In this document: in pieces, positions 11,801 through 25,320 of the stretch
How the letters are laid out: every line of letters begins with the position of its first letter
Position numbering within the stretch: the first letter of the stretch is position 1
From: Convolutriloba macropyga
Taxonomy: Eukaryota
Length of the DNA: 64,000 bases
Reading direction: 5' to 3'
Assembly (NCBI RefSeq): GCF_964194025.1
Contig: NC_134476.1
Coordinates: 44,702,001-44,766,000, forward strand
Position numbers and translations under genes: made by a program
The notes under the pieces: generated by a model
Told to the model about the DNA's origin: nothing
Databases searched by the model: none
The model's input: only the letters and a program-made list of their open reading frames with translations

Positions 11801-14800
11801 AAAACACTTATCTCAGGCAATAAGTAAATTTATTTGTTTGGGCTCTTTTTCTTGAAAAATTGATTTTTAGAAGATAATGTTCATGTAACTCCAGTTGAAG
11901 TTATCTCGCGTGTCTTCTTGCGATCATACATATTCTGGTATTGCCAATAGAAAATTGTCAGAGGTTTCCATGTGCTCGTAACTGCATAACACTTTTTGAA
12001 TATCTCCTAAAAAAGACAGAACAATTTTTCTTTAAGTGGCTTCTTCACTTCCATTTCAACATTGTATTTGTCTTCTGTTGTTGAAATGGACCTGTTTTTC
12101 TTGCAAAATTGGTTCAGTTCTCTAGTCATATTTTGAATTGTTGTAAAGTTTTCATCACTTAAATTCAAAGTTTTTCTCCAACCGCCCTCATTAATAGTCT
12201 AATATTAGCAAAGTTTTTGATTTCGTGAAACGCATTCTGCTTGCTTTATTTAAAGTAAAAAGTGAGTTTGGTTCAGATAGGAACACATCGCCTGCATTTT
12301 CTTCAAAGAAAGTTCTGACGTGCTTGAGAACTAATAACTATTTATTTCCCGAATGATTACCTACTTTAGAACCTTTAACTATTTAAACCCTTCTATTTAA
12401 TTAATCAGTATATGTTAATTTGAACTGTTTTTTTAGAATTATTTAACATTTAATTTACAAACTAACATTATTTAAAGACATTTTATCTTCGAATTTTTTA
12501 CAAGTATAAAGCTTATGTAATGTGATAATAACTTGTTTGGGTGACCCCAGGGCATCAACTAAAGGGTTTCCCACTAAGCCTACCTTGCATGTAAATATCT
12601 CATGACCAATTGCACATTTTTTTGTTCTAAGCATAACTTGATTTACTTATTGGTTAAAGAATATCCTTAAAATATATAGTCGTAGTCACTTGGATGTGGG
12701 TGGTGATAATCGCGGATTTGTTCCTGATCAATTTTGTTGAGAAATTGAAGTTTGTTGACCTATTTTCTATCTATGTTAGGTAGATTTTCAAATTTTTACT
12801 TAATGATTGCACTTTTCTGTTAGTCCTAACTGCTATTATACCTATTGAGAGAGAAATAGATGTGTTTCATTCATTCATTTAAGTTTTAGAGTTTGCGTTT
12901 CAATTTGATGGTATGAACAAGCTTGTTTGAAGGTAATTGATTTTGTTCAGTTTCTTTGTTGGCTTAGTTACAACATGCGTTGAACTGTTTATTCAACCAA
13001 ATTTTATATGTAAAAAAATTCATTGCACACACACTTTATTTTTTTTAATGGAGATGGAACTTATAACCGGTATTTGGTTGTTTTTGTTTTTCATTTCACG
13101 TTTTGGAAAAATGTCGTTAAAACTGTAATTTTAACGTATTTTTGTTATTGATATCAAAATTGTATCAGAAATGAACATTTTTTTTTTATTTCTCTCCTCT
13201 CTTACCGCTGCAAGTACCCTATACATACTACTTTTGACTATAGTATACGGTCCAAAAAATGGGAAAAAATGCAAGGCACGGCGGTGTTGCCTGCTCATCA
13301 ATTTTGCAATCGGAAGTGCACACTGTCTGCATTTTATTGATCTCTGGGACTTCAAAATTGTAAACATAGTATTACCTGCAGATTGTACCCAATTAGTCGC
13401 AAACTCAGTACCACAATGCACTCAATTCTAAGGTCAAAGTAAGTCTAGATACGATGGTTTCTTAATAAAAGGGGCCAGCCTTGGTAAAAGGGTGGAATTG
13501 AATCTGGAATAGCCCATTAAAATTTTGATACTTAATTGATATAGTGATGAGACTAACCCAATATATGCGGCAGTTCTGTTCTCTGGTAGAAGCGATGTCT
13601 CGTGATAGAGAAGTTTGTTTCTGGACTTGGGATTGGGTGGCAGATGAGTGATTACTCTTTCGGGTGTCCAGGGGTCGGGTTCGGGGTCAGGGAACACGTA
13701 ACCTGTTATGTTATCCTCTGGAAGGGTCCGGTAGGCTGTTGCCCGTACTGTCGACTGCCAAAAATCACACCAATGAAATATTGGGCATGCTTTAGTGAAA
13801 CAAAATGGGAATACATGCGAGGATGACTTCCTGGGTTGACCAAACTTACTAACCATAAAACGAACCATATATATGGCACATAAATGCCATAAAATCTATT
13901 TGTTCTAAAATCTTGCTATGCTAGTAGTGTGCTGCACTTTCTAAGTGGAAGATGATTGCATAGCACACATTATAAACAACTATTCTATCACGTTTTTTTT
14001 TCAGCCACTAAAAATTGTAGTGTAATTACCATAAAAAATAGAATCACATTAAATCACGTTATTTAAGTGATTATTATCAACAGGGAATATCACTTAGCTT
14101 CATTATTTATAGATTAAGGCATAAAAATATCCCTAAAATGGTGTTATAATTTTAACTAAATCAAAAACTTGTTAAAACCTTAAACACAAACAAAAAGGAA
14201 TACTGTAACACTACTCAAACATTATAGAGTAATCTTTTTACATCATTCTGCTAAATTCTTTTCAATATTCACACGATGTGTACTTCTCATAATGATGATC
14301 TTCTTATGATGAAAGTGTACTAAACGAATATTTTTAATTGAATAAAAGATAAGTAAATTAGAGACATTAATAGAATTAAGCAAACTAGAAAAACAACACA
14401 AGAAATAGATTGTAAGACAATTTAAAACAACAGGAACATTATGGTGATATAGAAGAATTATTTGACCCTTGCTTTGAAGCAATAAATTTTCAAAACCAGA
14501 AATTTGATCGGTTAAACCGCTTCACGGATAAACAAACAAACTTGATGATTGAAGATATTTTTAACCCAAAGCAAACACGACAAGCCTTGTAAGATTTAGA
14601 AATCTCATTACGCTTAACACAACCTTATAACAGAAGCAAATCATTTGCAGCTGAAAATGATGTGATTAGAATTCTAGTAGAAATTGGAAAGCAAACACAT
14701 AAACAATTAGAATTGAAACAAGTTGATGAATCTTTAAACAAATTAAAAATGACTGATGTAGATATGTCTCTATATCCCTATAGTACAAAAAGAAATGACT

Positions 14801-14995
14801 ATCTGTAATTATCCTATTCGTTGAATTATGTTTATCGTTTATAAAGATGTATGTGAACTAGATATAACAGGAGAAGAAGATTAAATTAAATGATTTCTAA
14901 AAAATTTTATTGATTCAGTTCAAAAATGAGATACTAGAAGTAGTAGAGCAGGAGTTGTGGCATTTTTAAGGCACAGGCTCTAACAAAAAATTATA

Positions 14996-15530
14996 GTAGT
15001 GAAAACAATGTGTTATCGCAAGGAAGCGGCGTTGATCAGAGCGAACAAAAAAGCTACTTCTAGTGATTTAGATTCCTGATTATTGATCATGACGTTTTAA
15101 TTGAAAGATTAATATTACTTATACTAAACGAAAGCAAGGCAAGATGGTTTTTAAAATGCGATGTTTCCAGATAAATATTTTTTGAATTCGGTTACATAGA
15201 TAAGCAATGAAGAAACAACAACAATAACAACAACAATAACAATAACAATTGTAGTGAAAACAATGTGTTATCGCAAGGAAGCGGCGTTGATCAGAGCGAA
15301 CAAAAAAGCTACTTCTAGTAATTTAGATTCCTGATTATTGATCATGACGTTTTAATTGAAAGATTAAAATTACTTATACTAAACGAAAGCAAGGCTAGAT
15401 GGTTTTTAAAATGCGATGTTTCCAGATAAATATTTTTTGAATTCTGTTACATAGATAAGCAATGAAGAAACAACAACAATAACAACAACAATACAACAAC
15501 AACAACAACAACAACAACAACCAGAACAAC
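14996..15530 (+). repeat. 255-bp tandem duplication, each copy ending in an (AAC/AAT)n microsatellite
   Basis: GTAGTGAAAACAATGTGTTATCGCAAGG occurs at 14996 and 15251; the copies are near-identical. Confidence 0.95.
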
Positions 15531-16327
15531 GACAATTACCAACGTAACTAAAGAACTGAAACTAACGAAAAACTACAACTAAAGAAGTTTTTATCAGCCA
15601 ATTAACAAAACTCAAAAGAAAAAGAATAATACCGTTATCAAAAAACAAACATTTTCAGCTGATTTAATTCATAAGTCATCTTTAAGAAGATACAATTTCA
15701 AGTGTAAATTTACATTAACAATACCAAGTTGACTGTGTTCTGAACGTGCGTTGTTAGGTTGTTAAGCAAATTCAGCAGCTAAAAGGAGAAAATTATCGAA
15801 ACTTGAGCTCGATATAAATACTTTTTGCCCCCTCCCCCTGTTTTTGCATCCTGATTATTTATTTGTGGAGTGCACGTGGAATCTATTTGTGGCTATTGGG
15901 GCTAGACGAAGACCTTTATATCAATTCCCCGGTGAGATCGTTCCTTTTCTAATACTTTTTACGTATTTGTTGCCGCAGTTGCCATAGTCTTCATTCGTCA
16001 GGAGTCACAACATTTGTCCCACCCCCACCCCCCAAGTAAGTTTCCTGTGGTGGCTGTTCCCCCAAGTTTTCTGGGGCGGTTTGCCTGTGAAAACAATGGT
16101 CTCAAATTATTCCCCAATTCGCGTTCTTCATTCACAAGTAGGAAAATAAAAAACAAAAAGATATCAAAAAAGTGAGTTCTGCTTGCGGTTCTTGCAATTT
16201 AAATTGCAGAGATTATAGTTTCACGATAGACACGAATCGAGATAAATTACCAAACACCCAGTTAAATTTGATTGAAACCGGAAACCGCTTATTTATTCAC
16301 TGTTTTTGCGTCCAATTATTGTTTACC

Positions 16328-19300
16328 ATGCACAACATACTTAGTTCTGAGCAAGCTAATCAGCTTGATACAACACAAAAAATCCAGACAGGTTTTGAAT
16401 CCGCCGAGTTCAGTGATAGCGAAAACCAAGAAATCCACGACGAGTATTTTGTCCATAGGAACACTGAAATCTGGATTCCTGGTCACGATAAAAACATATA
16501 CAAAGCAAAAGTTATTAGCCACGAAAACAACAGACCAAGAGTCCATTATGTGAGTTGGAATAGAAAGTATGACACCACTTTTGACTCGTATTCAGTTTGG
16601 ATTTATCTGCAATTGGTAGAAAAACTCAAGCAGCATACAGTTATGACCGAAGAGGTAAACAACCTGATACAAAACACTTTTGAAAATCCAGCGCAATTTA
16701 GTTTTGAGTCTTCTTCTAGTGGTTTAACACAAGATTTAGCGAGGCTTAATCTAGGGGACAATAATCGTGCAGATAAAATTTTATCAAATGCAGAGAAAGA
16801 ATCTTTGATGAAAGAAATTTTTCCACTCAAAAACACAAATTACAGCGTGCCTCATGAGAACGAAGTGCTTTGGGAAGATATATGAAATACTGTTTGCACA
16901 CAGAGATGCAAATTTTACAGATTGCCGGCGGGAAAAATTGGTAAACAGTATGTTGAGATGCTAAATTGCGAACTTGAATTGTTCCTCAAATCAAATATTC
17001 CATCAGAGCGACTTCTGGTTTTTTCGTCTCTCATACTCCACAGAGACAACAAAGTGAGACACTCCAAAGATGTAAAAATAACAATTGAAAATAGGATGGA
17101 GGAGTGGTCGGCGGAAAAATTTCAACCTCTTGTTCAATCTTTTAAGAGATGTACTCAATTCTCGAGCAAAGCTGTGAGAACTCAAAAGAGCGACCCCGAG
17201 GAGAAACTACGAGCGTTTGCAAAAATGGTTCAAGAAGGGAACATCAAAAATGCAACTAGGTTCCTTGCAGACAAAAACGGAACGAGTATTCTTAAGCCTT
17301 CTTATTTAATAGACGGAAGAACTAACTAAAATTCTGCAAGAAAAGCACCCGAAAGCCTTGCCATTATTTGAGGAGACATTCAAGATATCAGAACTTCCTC
17401 CTGCAGAAAAACTGAATATAACAAGTACAGTTAAAAAACAAGCCCGGAAACTTTTTGGTAGTTCAGGACCCTCTGGATCAGACGCCAACCACTGGTTTGA
17501 TGCGTTAATTAAGTTTGGCTTCGAAAGCTCCAGATTGAGAGACTTAGTTTCTCAGCTAGGTAATTTGATCGCAAACGAAATCATTTCGTGGCATAAAATC
17601 AAAGCCTTGTTCTCATGTCGACTTATTGCATTAGATAAACAGCCAGGAGTCAGACGAATCGGCATTGGTGAAACTTTGCGAAAATTACTCGGTAAAGCAG
17701 TAGCTGACTTAACTGGTGATGAGTTGGCTTATGCGTTTGGATCAGAACAATTTGCGGTTGGAGTGTCATGTGGAATTGAGGGGTCGAATCATGGACTTCG
17801 AGAGTTGTTTGAGAAAAAGTCTTCCAATGGTTTTGGTTTGTTGCTGCTTGATGCAAAAAATGCATTCAGTTCTATAAAAAGAAGTTCCGCACTTCTAAAC
17901 GCTAGAACCATTTGGTCCAGAGCTTCCACTTTTCTGTACAATAGTTACCAGGAAATCTCTAAACTTGTGCTGAGCAATACTGACGTTTTTATCCGCAGCG
18001 AAGAAGGGAGAACTCAAGGCGATCCTCTTTCAATGTTGTTTGATGGTGTTGCTCTATTGCCTTTAATACAAAATTGCACAACCCGACGAAACATAAACAA
18101 AGTTTTTATGCAGATGATGCCGCGGTTTGCGCAAAGTTTGATGACTTAAAACAGAGGCTGCAACAAGTAGTTGATGAGGGGCCAAAGTATGGATACTACC
18201 CTGAGCCAAAAAAAGCTTCTTTATTGTTCATCCAGACCATGTTGATGAAGCCATGAGTTGCTTTGAGCAAACCGGTTTGAAAATTGTTACTGGAAAACGT
18301 TATCTTGGAAAACGTTATATTGGAAAACGTTATCTTGAAAGAATTTGTTCATGAAAAAATCAAAAATTGGCAGGCTAAGATTCAACTTTTCAGCGCTGCA
18401 GCCAATTCATGCCCTCATGAGAGTTTCTCGGTGTTCACTAAATCAGTCCAGGCCGAATGGAATTTTTTCATGAGAGTTGTCCCAGGTTGCGATGAATTTT
18501 TGAAACCACTGGAAGATTCAATAAAAAACCAGTTCATATCAACCGTAACTAACATTTATAATGTGAGTAATCCCCAACGTACCCTGTTCAGTTTGTCTGC
18601 TAAGAATGGAGGATTAGGTATTCCTTAACCAGTAGTAAAGGCGAGTGAACAGTTTGAAATGTCCAAGAAAACATCTTCACTGATTTCGGATTCTATTGTG
18701 AATGGAACGGCATTGGACTTCGACGCACACAAAACTCACGTTCGCTGCAGCAAACAAATTTTTCAGCTGGAAAATGAGTCCCAGCAGAGTAATACATATA
18801 AGGCTTTGTTAGAACAAGCATGCTTATCAGAGAGAAAAAGAATGGAGCGGAATTTCGAAACGGGAAACTCTTGTTGGTTAACCGCAAAAGTGTCAGAGAG
18901 AGACAGTTTTGTTTTTTCGAAGAACGAATTCCAGGATTCCAAGGCGCTAAGAAACGGTTTACCCCTATCAAACCTCCCTGTGAAATGTGACTGTTGTGGA
19001 GAAGATTTCCATGTTCAGCATGCCTTAATCTGCAAAAAAGAGGCCTGATTACACAAAGGCATTATGAAATTAGAAAATTATTGGGAGACTTATCCTGCCT
19101 TGCATTGACTTACACTCAAAAAAAACCAGTAATTCGTAAACATAAAGAGAATCAGAAAGCTTTAAGAGCCGATCTTCTCATAAAAGGTGTCTGGAGCCCG
19201 CAAGAAACTGCCTCGTTTGATATTCGTGTCACAGACACTGAGGCTAAATCTTACAGCAACAGAAATCCAGAGGATGTGTTGGAAAGCTGCGCTGACGAAA

Positions 19301-19575
19301 AGAGAAAATACTCCGAGGCTTGCCATGAAAAATATATCGCTTTTACTCCGTTAATTTTCAGTGTTGACGGCATGATGGCCATAGAGAGTAAAATTTTTCT
19401 CAGAAGACTGGCAGACAGACTCGCTTCTAAGTGCGACAAACCCTACAGCATTATCACGAACTGGGTCAAACTGAGATTAAATTTTGCGATCTTAAGGGCT
19501 TCAAATCTGTGCATAAGAGGAACTAGATGTAAGTGGAGATCGTTTCGCTGTGAAGATGGAGCTTTTATTCCTTAA
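16328..19575 (+). mobile_element. CRE-clade non-LTR retrotransposon; single disrupted ORF: chromo-barrel-like N-terminus, RT, Zn knuckle, restriction-like endonuclease
   Basis: RT motifs LIALDKQPGVRRIGIGE, LLLDAKNAF, TQGDPLSM, YADD, GPKYGYYP and GGLGI; knuckle CDCCGEDFHVQHALIC; RLE motifs RHYEIR and RADL. In-frame TGA at 16883 plus several frameshifts. Confidence 0.88.
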
Positions 19576-20119
19576 AAAAATATGTTGACGTTCCTGTTGT
19601 AATCGGATAAAAGTTGTCAAATATTTTTCACGATACTTGAGAGGACGACGTACCTGTAGAATAAATGTCTGCTGGTATGGATTCAAAAATCTGTTTTATA
19701 AGTCATCCAATCAGCAAGGGCAACAAATTTTAATGCCAATTATTAGCGCTCTGAAGTTTTTGTCACCCAATGAGTGGGGGCATCAAACTGAAATCAAATT
19801 GAATATGGTGCGAGCAACTTCAAATCGGCTCAATTTGAAAATGTCATCAACCCGAAAAACTACATTATGTATCCAAAAGAAAGACCTCTAGCTAAGTTAA
19901 TGCCTAAGATCACAAGTTTTTGTTCTTACCTCATCTAAGTGGGGAGATCAAAAGCATATTGCAAGAGGCCTATTGCTTGTTGTGAAAAAAAGAAACGGAC
20001 TGCTGATATTTGATTAAATGAACTGCTAATCTGCTGTGTTGATGAGAATATCATGTTAACCAAGTTAATTGTCAGTTGATTTTGAACGTAGATTTTGCAA
20101 TTTATGATTTTGTCGTATT

Positions 20120-20260
20120 AAATATATCTTTTCCAAATATGCTTGGGCTATATCTTGAATGAATAATACAGGTATATCTACAAAAATGGTTTTAAAACAA
20201 TTTTATTAGAAGTAAAACCAGTACAAAAAATCTGGGTTGATATAGGTAGGAGTTTTTTAC
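20120..20260 (+). pseudogene. Polinton retroviral-type integrase remnant
   Basis: FSKYAWAI and KPVQKIWVDIG resemble rve core motifs; heavily broken. Confidence 0.6.
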
Positions 20261-21859
20261 TTAATAATTTAACACCCAAATCAAAATCAATTGAAATAAG
20301 AGTTTGATATCAATATTTTCAATCAAACTGTAATTAACTTTCAACTAAGAGAAGAATGTGTTAATAGAAGGAGAGGATTCAAAAATGAAGACCTAATAAT
20401 AGGAAAAAGTGTTGTGGAGCATTTTATTGCAATTTTACTTGAAGGTGAAACAATTGATGACAATGAACAATCAAGACTAGAAATACAGTGTAGAGAAATG
20501 GAGAGTTAGTTCTCTCGCATGAGAAATGACTGCACCACCTAAATCGTTTTTTGAAGAACCACAAGTAAAACCTTTATTTTACGCGAAACTCTCAAGTGTA
20601 GCACTAAGACCAATAAATGAGATAATCCTTGCAAATAAAAAGAAATTTATAACAATAGTGATACTGTAAAAAGATATAAGACATTATTATAATACTGAAA
20701 GATTGAATTACACTAAGAAAATGAGTGGATATGAAACATATAATAACATAGCAGAAATAACAGAAATATTATTATGATCAATTGCAACAGCTGCAACAAC
20801 AACCGCAGTTCCATAAACAAATATAGCTCTACCTTATTCAATATCAACAGCATTTGCATTAGCAGCTGTATAGTATAGTGATTGCTATCAGGATCAAATA
20901 ATTATAAATATGAAAGAAGGTTATAAAAATTTGACAGCTGTTTATTCCAAATGAACAGTAGAGTGATCATATAAATAACTCTATAATAAATCGCCAATGA
21001 TGATCAAATATATAATAATGAGTACACTGAACTAGTTAAGAAATTTGAAGAGAATGAAACGAATAAGAGGACTAAGTTCAGTGTTTAGAGTTTTCGTAGA
21101 TAATAATAATAGTGTTTTTAGTATCAAAAGATAAAGATAACTCGACAAAAAATATAAATAAAAATTGGGTTTTTCTCAGCTTCTATTTATAGCCCTCTAC
21201 CCTTATGTACTACAATTTTACCTTTGCCAGTAGTATTAGTAAAAAAATTTATTTATTTTATGAGTTGATTTTATTACTTTCCCTGAACTCTTAGTTGCTA
21301 TTGATGTATCAATATTACTAGAAAAGTAATTTGCTCTTAATGGGATAGTGGCAACATTTTTGCCATATTTACCTGCTGCTTTATGAATACACTAAAAAAT
21401 TTTAATCCTTCTGCACCAATAAAAGCATCACAGTGTTATTAACTTTTTAATTTAAGCACACTTGGACCTTTTGCACATGGACCTTTCAACTGTAGCAGTA
21501 GCATGAATCTTAGTAATAGCCAGACAATGTTTACAATTATGAAACGAGCTGTTTTTAACCTTCCTGATTGTGACATTTTATTTTATAAAAATATGAAAAT
21601 GAAAATTGCAAAGAATAATCCTCGTGTAAAATTTAAACCTACTAAAATTCCTAGAGCTACTAATTTTAAACCTAAACTTAACCCACCGAAGAAAAACTTA
21701 AATCTTTCTATGCTTAAGTTTTCATTAAACCAACCCCAGTAAGAAAAAACCCCAATTGCATCATTAATAGCAAATTTTATGTTCTGAAAACCTTATAATT
21801 TTTTTTCGTTTTCCCACACCAAACTTTACCACCATAGTTGATATATTTTTTTGACAAGT

Positions 21860-23260
21860 AGTATATCTCATCATGGGGATCAAACACAACAACTTGGAAT
21901 ATTTTATCATTAAAGTCACTTAAACTCTTTTTTGTCTGTTTTGTTGATGCCATTATATCTTCTAACTTTGTTTTCAGTACTCGGGTACAACTCTTTCTTC
22001 ATCATACATTATTGTATTGTAGTAATCGACAAGCTTACGTTTTTTTTCTTTATTAATAACTTGCTCTTTCTGATCATCACAACAAATTTTTTTTGATTTT
22101 AAACCTATGAAGTCTTCTATAGCCTTACTACCAAACTCACGTTTAATTTTACCAGGAACTTCATTATAAGTATTATTCGGTCCGTCAAGATTATTAGATC
22201 AAATTATTTATCATCACCCATACCATCAGCGTATATCAAAATTAAACAATCAATGTCAACTAAATGAAGCAGTAGATCATTAGGATTAAGGATAGTACAT
22301 CAAAAACTAGTTCATTTATGTGTTACTTATTTAACTGGAAACCATTAGTGCCGGATACAAAGTTTTATCGTAGTCTATTGTTTTCCTTGCATGTGCAACT
22401 ACAATGTAGACATCACACTTAAAAACATTCTTAGATGTTGGTTCACAAACAGTTTTTATTGTTTTTTCTTCATCGTTTAAGAATTTGGCCTGCCTATAGT
22501 TTAATGGATTCATATATCTTTTTCTGCATCTGTTTTAGCTAATGTTCTCATGTTGGTATTATTTTGAATATAACCTTTACTTATGTTTTTGTGTTTAAAT
22601 TCAATAACTCTATTTATTTAAGTTATGTTTGAACCATTCTTACAATAAAACTTCCACAATCTGCAATATACATCATAATGATATTTATCTTTTTGATCTT
22701 ATACCAATTTCTCAGTTTTACATGAACTCTTCTTTCTTTTCCTGTATCCAAATTTATGCTCTTAATTTTTCTCTTAAGGAGATAGTAGTTGTAAAATTCT
22801 TACTCTGTCTTTGCTTACATTAAATTTCCCTATATAACAAAGAACACAATAACCATTTTAATATCCTTGGTTTTCAATATTTCCACTAAAATAATTCTAA
22901 AATAATCAAGTTGTACTATGGTACTTTTTGCATCAACGCTATAGGTTTTCATCATCTATGTATTTTAGTTTTTAACACTAGCTAGTTGCCTCGCGGTTGT
23001 TTTGTTTGCAGAGCAAATTTAGTCAGTGGCCTCGTTTTTAGGTCTCTTAACATTAATGAAATCCTCTAAAGCTTGTTTGAATTGTATTTTACCCACTGTA
23101 ACTCCACTTGACATTAGCCAACAGTCATTATTATAATAGGGGAGTCTAATATAAGTAGGGTTGAGTCCACTATCTCTTATACTTAGTTAAACGTATTCAT
23201 TACAACAAAAACACAACATATATGTTTAAAATGAATACTCGCTAAACAGTCAAAAATGCA
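21860..23260 (-). pseudogene. Remnant of a protein-primed DNA polymerase B (group-1 Polinton type)
   Basis: PGKIKREFGSKAIEDFIGLKSK (22095-22160), LLHLVDIDCL (YxDTDS relic), MRTLAKTDAEKD, INRVIEFKHKNISKGYIQNNT and GLNPTYIRLP appear in the expected order. Confidence 0.75.
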
Positions 23261-23264
23261 CCGA

Positions 23265-25320
23265 CTATAACGCATATCCTACTGTCATCCCTTTCAACAT
23301 TCGCAAATTATTTCTATCATCCAAAGTTATCAATGCGTGCAACAGAACAAACTGGGATGAACTCGACAAATACGTCAACAAAAAACAATTACATTATATT
23401 TTTAAAACAGCGTTTTTTTGTTTTTTTTTGGTAAAATAATAGTACCACTATTTAAGAGGCGTAATTGATTAAATTATACCCCGGAGTCACCAGTTATTGC
23501 TAAAAACTGCCACATTGGACAAGTTCATCGACATCCTACCGGCTAAAAATAAGGGTTACTTGAAAGAAAGTTACGAGAAAAAGTCCAAACTTCTCTCTTC
23601 CTATCAAAATTAAAAGCAAGCAGAAACTTCAGAAGATCTGAGTGACGAGGACGCAGCTTCTTTCAACAAAAAAATCATCAACAGCAAAAAAATTCCGTCA
23701 TTTCAGAAACATCTAAAATTGTTTCAAAAAACCGGGGACTTCCTAATGAAATGTACCTGGAAAAAAGATAAAACGGGTAAAGCTCCAAAGGAGACGGCAG
23801 ACGACAATCTTGGAAACATGAACCATTCAACAAAGTTTTCGTCAGCGTCTTCAGCACAAAGGAGAAGATCGTCAGTTATTAACAACCCTTGCTTAACCCA
23901 AAAAGAAATCAAATTTGCCCTTTAAAAACTTGATTTCACTAAATCAAGTGGCCTCAAAAATATGGGCACAATTGTTCTAAAAAATATTCACAGCTTATTC
24001 ATATTTTTCCGGCTCAGCTTTCAGACATTTAACCAAAAAAAGAATGTTAACCAGGTTAGTGGAAACTCAGCTAAATTACCCCTATTTACATTGAGAATGA
24101 CAGAGCAGACAACACTCAAAATCGCCCAATCAGCCACCTCGCTAATGCTTGAAAAGTTTTTGAGCGGATATCATTTATTTGTCTCTATCGAGTTATTGGA
24201 AATCATCTCACAGATAGACAATAAGGGTTCCATCGAAAAAAAAACAGCTGTATTCCAGCTCTTGATCTACCTAAATGAAATTTATTTCAAAATTCATAAC
24301 GGAGAAATAGAAAACGTTCATTTAATTTACGTTGATTTCTGCAAAATTACCGGCAAATTATCTCAATGGAGAACAGTAAATCAGCGGATCAAAGTTAAAA
24401 ATGCGAGGTCAGAGCCGTTACGGGTCACAACTGGTGTCCAAGAGGGATGGCACCTGGAACTCTTTCGTTTCTCAGTTTACGTTAACGTCCTGCCTAAATC
24501 GTTGGAGGAAAACTTGTCCTACTAAGCAGAGAATTTTAAACTAATTTTAGCTAAGTGACTACCCGACAGAATGAACTAATGGAGTCTGGTCAACCTCTTG
24601 TCTCTTTACAAAAAATCAAGATCCTATGCATCATAGGCAAATGCTAAAGCACATGAAAATTTCATTCTAACAAAATGCTAACCAGAAGGACCTCAGTGTA
24701 TTGGTCACAAAAAACATTCCTGAAATTATAATTGTGCGAGAAATGATTGCAAAGCATTGAGATTTTTCTTTTTTCTAAAGTGAAACTGCTCAAAAAAGTC
24801 TTCACTCTGAATAACAGAAAAGAAGGCAATAGAACACGCACAAAAATCATCTCGATTGATATGCAACAGTCAGAAACAGTACAAAGAAAGCTTGTTAGAA
24901 CTGAAGCTGCTTCTCATCTTCATGTATAAGGAACTGCAGGATGCTTTTTTCCTGTTAGCTGTAATTAGTGTCACTTACTTCGCAATCGAAAACGTACAAC
25001 CTAAAAAAGTCAATTTGGAACTCGTCAGGACTTGGAAATTGAAGTCTCGAATCATCAACTCAAGGAATCAGACAAGCTGCTATGGAGGCGATCAGCTAAG
25101 TTGATCAATTTTCTGCGGCGACACACCAGGAAAGCATTGAACAAACAGACACTCACAAAAGTGTACACCAAATTCTTCAACAGAAGCTACAATGAATTGG
25201 TTCCTGCACCTCGAGATTTTATGATTCTTTGACTCATAAAATTTGCTCAAGAAAACCGTGCAACTTGAAAGCTGAGGGGTAAGCAATCCCTAGAATAAAG
25301 ACTCAGATTACTACTACTAT
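23265..25320 (+). mobile_element. Degenerate, 5'-truncated CR1-like LINE with (TAC)n tail
   Basis: RT relics LIYVDFCK and VTTGVQEG...VYVNVLP in 23962..24525; ends in GATTACTACTACTATT. Confidence 0.75.

Larger units (their letters stand above)
9796..23260. mobile_element. Highly decayed older Maverick/Polinton region(s), interrupted by the CRE element; boundaries not defined
   Basis: Scattered remnants: TNPNDLVERIELI motif (9796..10185, again at ~15080 and ~15335), penton-like FNEPFQIKDGDGQI (10169..10393), integrase (20120-20260), hydrophobic ORF (20620-21090), AEGLKFF...KNVATIPLRA core-like relic (21290-21490, -) and pPolB (21860-23260, -). Confidence 0.65.

Noticed and set aside
13131-13868. 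Coding-looking ORFs
   Set aside because: No recognisable domain, internal stops, and the 5' end runs into a transposon arm; kept only as a possible exon.
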